From: Bilabrum cf. latius
Lineage: Eukaryota
DNA length: 64,000 bases
Direction: 5' to 3'
Assembly: GCA_965178125.1 (NCBI GenBank)
Contig: OZ237742.1
Location: forward strand, 434,001 to 498,000
Shown piece after piece: positions 34,718-46,200 of the stretch (position 1 is its first letter; every line of letters starts with the position of its first letter). The translations under genes were made by a program, and so were the position numbers. Under the pieces are notes generated by a model that was not told the origin of the DNA, ran no database searches, and saw only the letters and a list, made by a program, of their open reading frames with translations.

Positions 34718-37190
34718 ATGTCGTCATAGCCGAATGAATCCATTTGGACTGCAGTTGCTCCAAATCTTTGCTCGAGATCGCTGTGGGAGATTGCCTACCC
34801 TTCCGATGGCATAAACTCTGAGTTCATCGGGCTGAATGAATTCGAACTCATCAACAAGCACGCTACTTCCAGCGAGGTTCTCTGCTGTGCGAAGCGCTAT
34901 CTCGATCATGCGTTCCGGCACAGAGTCGCTGCAGGTGCCGTCATTGGCGTAAGCGCGCCAACACAAGCAGCGAAGCGCGGCACGAAGCAAGACGAGCCTA
35001 CCGCTATTTTGTTTAGCACCGGATTACAAGTCAGTTCTGGCGGCAGCGATGTTCTATGCTTGCTGTGCAAGAGCACATTTCCGGCTGCGCCGCAGCCTTG
35101 GGAGCTGTCCGGCGTCGGCAGTGAGTAGCCTGTGGAGCAGTTCTGCCGACGTGTACAATTATACTATCATCCGCCCTCTTTGCTAAGTTCTTATCGCGCA
35201 ACGCAGCTTGGGAGCAAATTTAGTCGAAATCTGCGGGCTTGCCACCTCTTGGCTCGGCATCGCGGGCCTTGGGCCGAACATCTGCAGGAATGTCACACTC
35301 CGCAGAGTTTTTGCGGGTAAGAACGGCAGTCACACTTGCGGTTCCCTTGGCGGCTTGCTCTGTTTCCATCTGTTTGCATTTATCTTCTACTCCAGTCGCT
35401 GCTACGCCTGCTCCTTATTTGCATCGCAGGCCTTACCCCCACAATCGGTATCAATGCTAAAATAGAATCTGATGTAGGAACTCGAGGCTGCTGCAACTGC
35501 GCCTGCAAGGCAATTGCTAGAGTTGGCCGGAGGTAGCATCGCAGATGCTCGCATGTGGGTTGAGGCGGCGCTGCACCAGGCACTCGCCAGCCAGAGCACT
35601 CCCTCTGGCGACCCCGCGCTTAATGGATTTCAGAACGGCGCTATATCTGTGTGGAGAAGCCACAAGGAGCCCACAGGGGGAGCCGTGGCGCAAGTGCTAC
35701 GCAGCACCGCCAGCGCCAGCCTTGCCGCCGGCCGGGCCGCCGAGGACATCAGCATGCCGTTCGTCGCGGTACTAGAGACGATCCCGGACAAGGGGAAAGA
35801 GAAAGGGAACCGACACACCGGCGGGGGCAGCAGCAGCAGCAGCAGCAGCAGTGCCGCTGGGCACAGGTCCAGGCTGGAGGCCCGGCTCCTTCACTGGACC
35901 GACGCCCTGCCCGCCCTCCTAGCGAGGCGCCACGTGCTGGCTTAGGGTGCATCGCACGAGGGTGCTGCCACCGCGGCTGGGACGGGCCCTGCTTCCTCAG
36001 CGTCCTCTAGCGCAGCCGTCGCACCCCCGGGGTTGCCGCCGGCCGTAGCCAGCGGAACCGGGCCCGGCGCCGCGCATTCGGGCGGCCCCGCCCCGTCCTC
36101 AGCCTCAGCCTCAGCCTCAGCCGCCCCTGCCCCCGCTGAGGCGGGCGCCTCCTCGGGCAAGCCATCTGCCAGCATGCTGTGGAGGTCCATCGCTGCCAGT
36201 AAGCGGGGCCCTCCTGTGGCGGTGCAGCAACCAGGGCCAGCGCGGCCCGCGACTAGGGCAGGAGCAGGTGTAATAGGGGCCGGGGCCGGGGCCGGGGCAG
36301 GGGCAGGGAAAGGGAAAGGGAGTAAGAAAGATGGAAAGGTTCCTCGGATGTCAGTTCGGGAGGCACAAGCCGTCGCGAGCCGCGCGCCCCGGTTGCTGTG
36401 CCGGGTCACCAAGTGGCACATGAAGGGTCACCACGGTCGAATGGTGCCCGTGGAGCCCTCTGCCCTGCTCAAAGACGTGCAGTAGGACGATCTGTACTGC
36501 CACTACGAGCAAGTCTCGTACGCGAGTGAGTACAACACGGTGCTGCAGCCCGGTCAGGAGGTAGAGTGCGGGATCGGTCCCGACCCGCAGAGGCTTGCCA
36601 CATTCGTCGCTACTCGGGTCACGCTCCCGGGCGGGGGCCACGTGACGGGTTATCCCCGCGGAAGGTTCGACATGCTGTATGACCCGGCCGAGAAGAGATA
36701 CGTGACCCAGGACGACCTGGATAACCCGTGCTTCTTGCGGCCCCCCGGGGGAGGCGGGGGCGGTGCGGGGGGCAGTGGCAGTGGCAGTGGACGTGGCGGC
36801 AAGGGCAAGGGCAGGGGCAACGGCAAGGGCAGGGGCTCTCATGAGAACGGCGGCAGGAGTGGCGCAGGCCAACAACGAGAGCGCGGGGGTGGGGGTGGGG
36901 GTGGCAATGGGCGCACTGACAGCGTGCCCTCGCCGGCGACATCATCTAGGCCGAGTGGCGGGGCGGCAAAGGGACCAAAGCTGGCCGCTGATCCGAGCAG
37001 CGCAGGAGCAGCTGTGGGTACTGCCACTCGGGCCGGTACCGGTAGCAGCGGTGGTGTTACCAATCTCGGCGGCGGGGCCGATGGCAGGGCTCCCCCGGGC
37101 CCAGGGCCTGCTTCTCGGGCGGGTTGGTCTGGCTGGGCAGCGCAGAAGCGGGACGGCTCTGCTTAGGCCAAGAGCGGTGGGAAGGGCTGA
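34718..37190 (+). CDS. Multi-exon protein with divergent cold-shock (OB-fold) domain and Gly-rich tail; 5' exons uncertain
   Basis: ORFs 35514-35945, 36033-36485 and 36540-37166 share a frame through TAG. CRVTKWHMKGHHGRMVP..DLYCHYEQV..VLQPGQEVEC..ATRVTLPGG matches the CSD pattern. Ends TGA 37188. Candidate donors at 34949, 35121, 35317. Confidence 0.55.
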
Positions 37191-37411
37191 CGCTCGATCT
37201 GGTCCGGATTGTTGTTGCTCTCAAGTCCAACCCTGGTGGATGGCCAGTGGCTCTGCAAGTAGGCTGTGGCACGGGTGCCCACGAGTGCGAGGATTAGCTG
37301 CGATGTTATAACATAGAAACTGCCTGCGTTTTAATGCTTGTGCCTGTAAAAAATCTCGTCTTTGCAAAATGAAGCAGTCGACCAAAGCCAAGTGTAAAGC
37401 GAGAGCAAATC

Positions 37412-38355
37412 TCATTGCCTGCCGTCAGACCCTTGGCCCTGGCCCTTGCCCTTGCCGCCCTTTTTGCCAGCAGATTTGGCGCTGCGCGATCGTTCCGCGC
37501 GGATATCTGCGGCAGTGAGGTCATCGATGGCCCGCGGAGCCTGCAGCACACCCCTGCCCGTGGTGAGGATGCGCCGCTTCTCGTCGCGGATGGCCTGCTT
37601 GGACGCGTCCCGGCCTCTGGCCTGCAGCTCCAGCTTGATGCGCTGCTCCAACTAGGTCTCCCAGTCTTCCTTCGTATCCTATGTAACCCTGTAGTTGGCC
37701 GGAGACCCTTCCCAAAGGTAATTGAGCTTGGCTCGCCTCGGCCTGCGCCCCGTCTTCTTGAAGGCATGCTGCGACCTGACCATCCGTACGCCCCGGATGA
37801 GAGGTGATGAGTACAAGAAGTTGATCATATAAGAATCCTCTCCCTCTTCGTTAATTATAGTGAAAGAAGCGTCCTGGCCGGAATGAGTCTTGGCAATCAC
37901 GGTTCCCAAAATACGGTCGGCTTGCTTCGAGGACAGCTCGTGCGCATACTGCGGATTTCAAGGAGGATAACTGGAGAAATAATGATCTCATTCGAACAGT
38001 CAGGCAACCCGAGTGGCCATTCGTGACAATTGTGCCTCACCGTCACCTCGATAGCGTCGCCAACCCCAAAGTCAGGCAAGTCTGGTCTCCAATCGTGCAA
38101 AAATGCCGCCCGCCGTTCCTTAGCTTCGATCCGAAGCTTTGCAGCTAATCCACGCGCTCTTTTCAATGAGCTCTTTAGCTTCACGTGCCTGGTTGGTTCG
38201 CTGCTACTCGAACTGGTCTCCGTCGAAGCGGCTTCGGCACTGCTCGCCAACAATCTCCTGCTAGCAGCGCCCAATGCCGACGCAGTAGCGTTTGGCAGTA
38301 GTTTCAATCCCACCTTCAAATGGGTGGCCCGCATGGAGCGCAGCATAGCTGACAT
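37412..38355 (-). CDS. MRPL19: Mitochondrial ribosomal protein bL19m; intron 37949-38040; 2 in-frame TAG
   Basis: Targeting-peptide-like N-terminus; LPDFGVGDAIEVT|Y, GTVIAK..ASFTI, FLYSSPLIRGV, RRAKLNYL. Ends TGA. Confidence 0.85.
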
Positions 38356-38764
38356 TTTTGATGTGATACCCGTGGGGTGCCCCTCCTGAGCATATCGCAA
38401 CAAAAAATGTAATATAGAATGTTCCGCTCAGAATTGCGCGGCGCCATGTGCTGCCGACGAGTGGTGGATTGCGGGCAATCTCAAGGCCTGGGGCACGAGT
38501 CAGTATCGTATACAAGCAGGTGGTTAATTGAATATACAAGAACGCTGGGTTATTTTTCAGTCGCATCTATATTGATTGCGTGCCATGTCTCTCCGAGTGA
38601 GGCAAGATGAAACCGATTAAACGCATTCCTGCAGCCTCACGCTGCGACTTTGGTTGTGCAGCGCCACAAAATCCCCTGATCGGTTTGGCCATCTCATATT
38701 TGATGTTGAAGTGCTTTTGTCTGCAACTGAGAGGCACAGCGGCTTGCAGAGCTGTACCCAATGA

Positions 38765-41700
38765 CCCAATACCAAGCTATCAATCGATTCCGCGCAGCAC
38801 TCGCCCTCTGCTCCCGGCCTAAGGGCATCTGAACGCTCGCGTAGCGGAAGAAGTTCTGGCTTGGGCAGCGTCAGGCGCCCTGGAGCTCGACGAGTTCAGC
38901 CAGGGCACGCTGAAGCCTGGGCAACGCCGTCTGGATCTGGTGGTGGTCGAGCGTTTGCAGACGGTAGAGCTAGTGCTGGCACAGCTGCAAGGCGCGACGA
39001 TGGCTATAGCCAGGGAAATGCAGATAGAATGGGGAACAGTCTTCGGGGATTTGATCGACACGGGGCTGGAGCAGGCGCAGACCGCCAGCAGCAGTCGTGG
39101 ACTGGCGGAAACACCCATGGCCGCCGGGGATCGAACCGATTGTACAAGCAGCGTCACACTGGTGCCTATACTAGTGAGGGTGGCGAGGCGGTGCGCAGCG
39201 TGGGCGGCATCGGGATGGAAGCTAGCGAGGGGGATGGGAGTAGCGGCATGCATGCGGCCCCGATGAGCAGGGTGAGCAGTGCGGACCCTGGGTACGGCGC
39301 CGGCAGGGAACACAGGGAAAACTTTCACGGTCGCAAGCTGCGTGGGTTTGATCACCCTCACCAGCACCGCGCTGGCCCGGGGGGTTCCTCATCGGCGCTT
39401 ACGCCGGTGGGGTCCGGGGGGTTCGGTTCGCCCGCTCTGCCGGCCTAGGGTAACGGGCGGCGGGGCGCTCCTTTGGCGGGCAGCAGGCGAATTTCCGATT
39501 CCGGGTCTGTTCGAAGCGGGCGTGACTCGGCTCGCAGCGCTGTAGGCGTGGGGATGGGTGCGGGCTCTCCGGGCACAGGGCTGGGAAGCCCAGGTATGCC
39601 GCACCACCACCACCACCACCACCATCACGCCTCCTCCTCGATGCAATCTCCGGGGAGACATGCGCGGCTGCAGCCGATCCAGCAAAGGGGGATGAATGTG
39701 GCCGAGCACGGTGCTAGGGGTGGTCAAAGAGGCGGTTTTCGACCCCCTGGGAGTGGGGCGCCGCATCCCCCAGCGGGGCCAAGTGAGGGCAGCGGGGATG
39801 GGCAGCTTGCTCCCCACGGTGGGGCCATGAGGGATTCCCCGGGTATGGCTCACAGGCGGCTTGGATCTGCTGGGAGCCCCTCCATGGGGTCAGGGGTAGG
39901 GATGGGGGTGTCCCCAAGGGGACACGACCCCCTCGGTCCAGGCATGGGCAGCAGCGGCCGCAGCATCGGGGGCAGGCCCCGGTACAGCCACATCGCAAGG
40001 GAGGCAGGCAGCCAGCTGGAGTCAGACGACGTGGATCTCGGCCATAGGCAGAGCCATGCGAGTGTCAGGCCCGGGAGCCGGGGTCTTTACGCCACAGAGC
40101 AGCATCGCCCCTCGACTAGCAGCCAAGGCGGCAGCGGCAGCGCTCACCTGGGACCCGTGAATGTTCTAGGCGCGCAGCATGGTGGTGCAGCACTGCCGCC
40201 GCAAAGGGTGGTTCATAGGAAGCTGAGGCCGCTGGGCAGTCTGCACGATGTCACGAAGGAAGGCGAGCACGAGCCTAGCGAGCATGGGCATGGGCACGGC
40301 CGGTCAACGGACCCGTTGCCGTTGCCAGGAAGACACGGGCAGCGAAGCCGTGGCAGCCGCAGTACGACCGGTATCGACACCAGACAGGCATCCTTCCGGC
40401 CTGCAGACGGGCGCGGGGGTCTCGAGAACGACTTTGCGAGACGGCCGGGCCTGCACGGCTCCTCCTCCTCCTCTAAGTCCTACGAGGGAACATCTCCGCG
40501 CCGGGGCAGCTCACCCGCGCCGCCCTCGCCCTCCCGCACCTCACCCATACAGTCGACCCACGACCGCCTCACGAAGGTCATGCCAGCGGTGCAAGCCGTG
40601 TCTGCCTTCCAGGACGCGTCCCGCAGGTCAAAGAGCAGGCCGGGGTCCCTGCAGCCCGGTGGGCCGGGCACGCCTGCGGGGGGAGCTAGAGGGGGCGATG
40701 GCTTCGCGTTCGGGTCTGGGCAAGCTGGGATGGGTCGCACGGGGGGCGTCCGAACGGGGGCGAACGACCGGTAGGACAGCGGTGGGGACTCTTCCTCACT
40801 GGAGCAGAAGTTCGACGGCAACGCCTCCATTCGCAGCCGCAGGGGCATGGATGGCCGGCACCTCTCCATCGCTCCCAAGGCGCCCGTCACACCAAACGCC
40901 GAGGCCATCCGCCACGAGCAGCCATTCAGCCGAGGGGATGAGGCTGCGGAGGAGATCATCGCAGCTGTGGGTGACGAGGGCATCGGGGCCAGGGTGGGCA
41001 AACCGGCGGCCCGGCAGTAGATCGCTCGGCTGGTCTCCAAGGAGAGCGCGGCGGGGAGGCCACCCCGGCCAGAGGCCAACGATGAGATGCCCATGGGAGC
41101 CGCTGCCGGCATGTACGGTGAGGGCATGGGCGCCGGGCTAGGTTCGGAGGACGATGAGGATGAAGCAACGGGTGCCCGATAGGACGAGCTGGTGGATGCG
41201 GCTGAAGACGTGTTCGGTCGGCTGGCCACGAGCATGCGCATGGAGGAGGAAGGCGATGGGGAGGGCAAGGAGGCCGAGGACGGGCTGGGGACAGGGCTCG
41301 GAGACGAGGACGAGGACGAGGACGAAGGCGTGTAGTCGGTTCGCGCTGGTAGCAGCGGGGTAGTACATGACCCATTTGGGGCGAGCAACGGGTCCGGGTC
41401 CGCCTCTGGGTCCTCCACGCGTGACCGTTTCGGGGACAGCATCAAGGGAAAGCAGGTGCTGGACTCGTCGATGGTGAGTGCCATGTCGGCGAGCGCTGGG
41501 GTGAGCTCCGGGGGCAGGGACGGTGGGATCATGCAGCAGATGGTGCAGCACGCGAGAAGAATCGGAGGGGTCGCCGAGAGCGTTTCGGGCGCTGGGTTCG
41601 ATTCCCAGGAGGAGAGCTCCATGTCCAGCCCGCGCGGCGGCGGGGGACCGCAGCGGCCCGGCATGATGATGCTCGACGCGAGCGCGATGGGGAGCGGTGC

Positions 41701-44700
41701 CCTCTCCATGGACGAAGAAGGCGGGGTGGAGCGCGGCCCAGGACGGGGCGGGCTGCAGCTGGACCTGGGCGGCACCAGCGGCAGCAGCTTCGGTGGGATG
41801 GGTGCCCCTGCCACTGCGACTGCGGATTCGCCTGCTGGAGCTTCTAGCGGCGCAATCGGGGGCGCAATCGGGGCACAAGAGCAGCAGCAGGAGGATGGAA
41901 TCGTGCGGCTGGGAGGGCTCAAGGGTGGCCTGCTTGCCCGCCGCAAGAAACGCAACCTGCGCATAGGCGGAGATGCCACTGCAGGCGGCGCGTCTACTGG
42001 GATGGATCCGCTGACCATGGGCCTGCCTGCAGCCACCCCACAACGCCAGAGAAGCGGTGACATGACGGACAGGGTTGCGGGGGCACCCAGCCCCAGCAAG
42101 TCTGGGCGGGACTGGGCGCCTGCTAGCCTGAGCATTGGGGTCGCGTCTAGAGGACGCTCGTTGCGCGACCGCAAGCCGATCGGTTTGAGCATTGGTGGAA
42201 CCACTGCCGGCAGTGACGACGATGGCAGCAGCCCCTCGGGAACCAACACGGCCGATGGGACGGGCCCCGAGGAGAATCCTTGGGCCACCGCTGGCACAGA
42301 GACCGGCAGCGGCGCAGGCGGCGGCGTGGCTACAGGCACCGCAGTGGATGACATCAACAAGGATGACGAGGACCGACAGAAGATGGTCGACGAGGTCAGT
42401 GACAGAGACAAGCACATATTCGCAGGTGTTGCGGCGAGCGCAAAGGCGGGCGGGGAGGCTGGCCAGCTCGGGGCCGACGGCACCGTGGACGCCAAGGAGC
42501 TGATCATCGGGCCGGACGGGATTGACATTAGCAAGCTAGGCAAGGATATACTCAAGCATTTCCAGCCCGACTCTCCCAGCGAATCGGCTGCGAAAGGCGC
42601 CGCCGGCTCGACGCAAGCGGGTGTCGGTGGCAGGAGCCAGGGCACCAGGCGGGTCGATGCCCTGGGCGGCATGCGCATCTCCGAGTCGATGGCCTCGGCG
42701 ATCGCGCGGGCCGTGCAGCGCGCCGAGAAGCGAAGCATCAAGGACGACTTGATCAAGCTGGATCGACTCGGTGCTGGGGCGAGCGGTCAGGTGCACCTCG
42801 CGCTTCACACGCCGTCCCTGCGACTTGTGGCACTCAAGGAGGTGCGACTCTTTGACAAGGAGAAGAGGAAGCAGATGGCTGCTGAGCTCAGGACACTCTT
42901 TGCGCAGATTGCGTTCCTTCCCACGGCATCAGGGGACGGGCCTGTGGGCGCTGCTGTGTCTGAGGGGGAATGGAGCGATAAGCGAGGCGTGGGCGGCGTG
43001 GGCTGCCCCTTCATCGTGAGGCTTCACGACGCCTACTCTGACCCGAGGGAGAACGCGATGTGCATGGTGCTGGAGTTTTGTGGCGGTGGAAGCCTTCAGG
43101 ACGTGGTCAACAAGGGGGGTGTGCAGCACGAGCCCACGCTTGCCAACTACGCGTGGCAGGTGATGCAGGCCATGGCCTTCATGCATTCGCAGAGACAGAT
43201 CCATCGAGACATCAAGCCCGACAACATCCTGCTGAGCGGTGACGGGAGAGAGTGCAAGGTGGCGGACTTTGGGATACGCAGGCAGCTCGAGGAGACGTTG
43301 GGCGAGGCCAGCACTTTCGTGGGAACGATGGTGTACATGGCGCCGGAGAGGGTAGGCAAGGGCGGGAAGTATTCGTACGCGTCCGACATCTGGTCTGTCG
43401 GACTCACCCTGCTGACGCTTGCTGCGGGCAAGTTTCCGTACAAGGACTGCAGCTTCTGGTCGCTGGCTGGTGCCATTGAGAACGACCCGGCGCCCTTGCA
43501 CGTGCTTGACGAGTGCCTGAAGGAGAGGGGCCTCCCCACTGACGGCGACGGCGTCTCAAAGGACGGGCTGGGCTTCTCGACGGAGTTCAGGGATTTCATC
43601 GAGCAGACGCTGCGCAAAAAACCCAAGGAGCGCCCCAGCGCCAAGCGGTTGCTGCGGCACCCCTTCTTCCGGAAGCACAAGCTGGTTGCTCCCGACGGAA
43701 TGATGGCGCCGGCCCGATGGTCCACCGAGCCTAGGCTGCCCACCACGGTGTCGGCTGAGCTGCGGCAAGCGCAGGACCGCAAGGCGAGGGACAAGTGCAG
43801 GGGCGCGGCGCTGCGGCTTACAGAGGGCGAGGGCCTGGAGTCCTTTCTGCGGCACCACATGCACGTCCCCCTGCCACCTCCAGGGAGCAAGGAACGGCGG
43901 GACGCGGCGCGCCGTCTGCGCCAGGCGCAACCGGATCAGGCCTCGCTGGAAGGGTCCATGACAGCCGACATGCTGACCAGGGAGCTGGTTCTCACGTCCT
44001 TTACGGGCGACTTTAGTCGGTTGCGGAAGAACAAGCGACTGGTAGCGCTGATCGATCGTGCCGCGAAGCTTGGTGTGGAAGAGCGCGTGGAGGACGTGGA
44101 CGATGGCGGGGAGGGTGGGAGCGGCTCTGTAGGAGATGGCGGCAGGATGGAGTCTACAGGGGATCCGGCGGCAAGGGGTAAGATGTCGGCCAGTCTCAGC
44201 AAGGGCAACATGCGGAAGGCGCAGTCCTTCACGGGCGAAGACGGGGAAGCGAAGGCTCGCGCCTGGGCCCAATCGGAGAATTCCAGGTCCGGCACATCGG
44301 CGCAGGGAGACTCTGGTCCTACAGCGGGTGGCATGGCGCCTGTCCCTGCTGCCAGTCGCCGCAACTCCATGGCCACGTACAGCGGGGCGAGTTCCAAGTC
44401 CTCGGGGTTCCAGCGCAAGGTGGTTGAGATCGCCCGGCAGATGAAGGCGGCCATGGAGGCTGAGGAGGCGGCCGAGCAGAAGGAATCCACCGGTGGAGCG
44501 GACGTGTTCCGCAGGCGCAGAGGTCGCGCGCGAACTCACGGGCACGGTTCCGGTGTGGGTGGTGCTGGCGGCGGCGAGCTCGTGATCGAGGACGGGGCAG
44601 CGGGAGAGGGAGAGGGAGAGGGTCAGGGTCAGGGTCATTCGGGTCGTGGGGCGGATTCCATGCCGGGTGATCGATTAGATCCAAGCACAGAGCCGTTGAC

Positions 44701-45301
44701 TTCCTGGAGACAGGTGGAGCTCCAGGACAGGGACGTGGTTGGCATGGCGGGGCAGCTGGGTCTGCCTGCCTCCAAGGTCTCCGACGTGAGAGCTGCCATG
44801 AACGAGATCCTGCAGCAGCAGATCACGGAGCGACTCAGGAGGAAGCAAAGGAGCGGGCGAGGCAAGGGCGGACGTCGTCCGGATGGCAGTAGCAGCAGCA
44901 AGAGCAGCAAGGGAGGCGTAAGCAGGAACCAGGATAAGCTGAGGAAGAGGGGCCCGCTCAGCGGGAAGCAGAAGCCGTCGTCGGGCCCACCAGGTGCGCG
45001 CGGTAGGCCGGGCAAGCGGCCGCCTCCCGCACCAGAGGAGGGGGGCACTAGCACCACCGGGAGCTCCACGGGCGGCAGCAGGCGCGGTGGGATCGCCGGT
45101 TCTAGCAGTCTGCGCCGAGGCGGAGGGGTAGGCGGCTCGTCCTCCACGAGCCAGGTGCAGGGCATGCTGCCAGGGAGGCGGTACGAGTCGGGTTCAGGGG
45201 CGGGTGCCGGGTCCGGGTCTGCGTCGAGGGTTGGGACTGTGAAAGCCACGGTTGGTGGTAGGTTTGGAATGGGTCTTGATATTCCTCAGTTCCATTCCTG
45301 A
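38765..45301 (+). CDS. Very large MAP kinase kinase (STE7/MKK-like); start unresolved (candidate ATG 38585 plus intron); 5 in-frame TAG
   Basis: Kinase domain ~42750-43680: LGAGASGQV, VALKEV, IHRDIKPDNILL, DFG..TLGEASTFVGTMVYMAPER, SDIWSVGL. The frame is open from 38765 to TGA 45299 except for TAG. Confidence 0.85.
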
Positions 45302-45410
45302 AAGCGGGGCCGGGAGCAAGAGCCTGTAATGCTGCCAGTGGTGCTCGTCTACCCAGGAGGGCTGAACGTGATGCTTGTTTGGGTGCCCTTATAAAATACA
45401 TGTATTTATT

Positions 45411-45956
45411 TCAAGCCGACGATCGAATGAACGGCAGCGCAAGCCCAGATATCTGCACGGACGCCAGCAGGATGGACTTGCCGTCGCCAGTAAGGTCCAG
45501 CTCAACCACCTCGGTATGCCTAGAAATTGTGTCTATTGTCTCCCCCTCCTTCTTCTTGAGCATCTTCGACAGATCTATCTGTGCTCTCGCAATGTTATAC
45601 GTGCTAATGTAGCCCTAGCTGTTCACTTCAAGCATAATCTTCTTCGTTTCGTCCGTGCAGAGGAATATGTGCGACTCGTCAAAATCTGCCACCATTCCAG
45701 AGCCGCCTTCGCCCTCCGACCTAGCAATATCTCGTAATCTAGCTGGTTCTGTCACTGCGCTGCAGGGATTGCCCCATAGCCACGGCTCTTCGTTTCCGCC
45801 TACCCCAGACCCCCACGGCGAAGGCCACAATCTCACAACAAAATCTGGGGCACAGCAGCACCCAGCAGGTTCCAAATCTGACGCCTTGTGAATGTTGACA
45901 CAAATTGACGTAACATAATCTGACTCGAGTACAGCTGGTGACACCCCAGCCAGCAT
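45411..45956 (-). CDS. Small C2-domain-like protein; 1 in-frame TAG
   Basis: VNIHKASDL..PDFVVRL..FDESHIF..IMLEVNS*GYISTYNIARAQIDLS. Ends TGA 45411. Start could instead be 46025. Confidence 0.55.
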
Positions 45957-46200
45957 CTGCGAGGTCGATCCAGTGATAGACAAATTCAGTAACCTCGCTA
46001 ACAAAGTTGAGTCGTTACGGAACATCAACAAACGCGCACATTCATGCATACATTATATAATACTTGCCTCACACCAGACGCCATGATCGCTTTGTTTTCC
46101 CGTATAATCCGAAGCTGAAGCCACTCTGATAATCCGATTTTCAAAGGGATTGTTGCGTTCAAAATGAGCAATTCGGGGCGAGACGCAGTATTTCCTGGAT

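Noticed and set aside
40480-42756. Long antisense ORFs (758 aa here; also 4246-5196, 21337-22542, 61475-62305)
   Set aside because: They are shadow frames of GC-rich coding sequence on the opposite strand and show no domain motifs.
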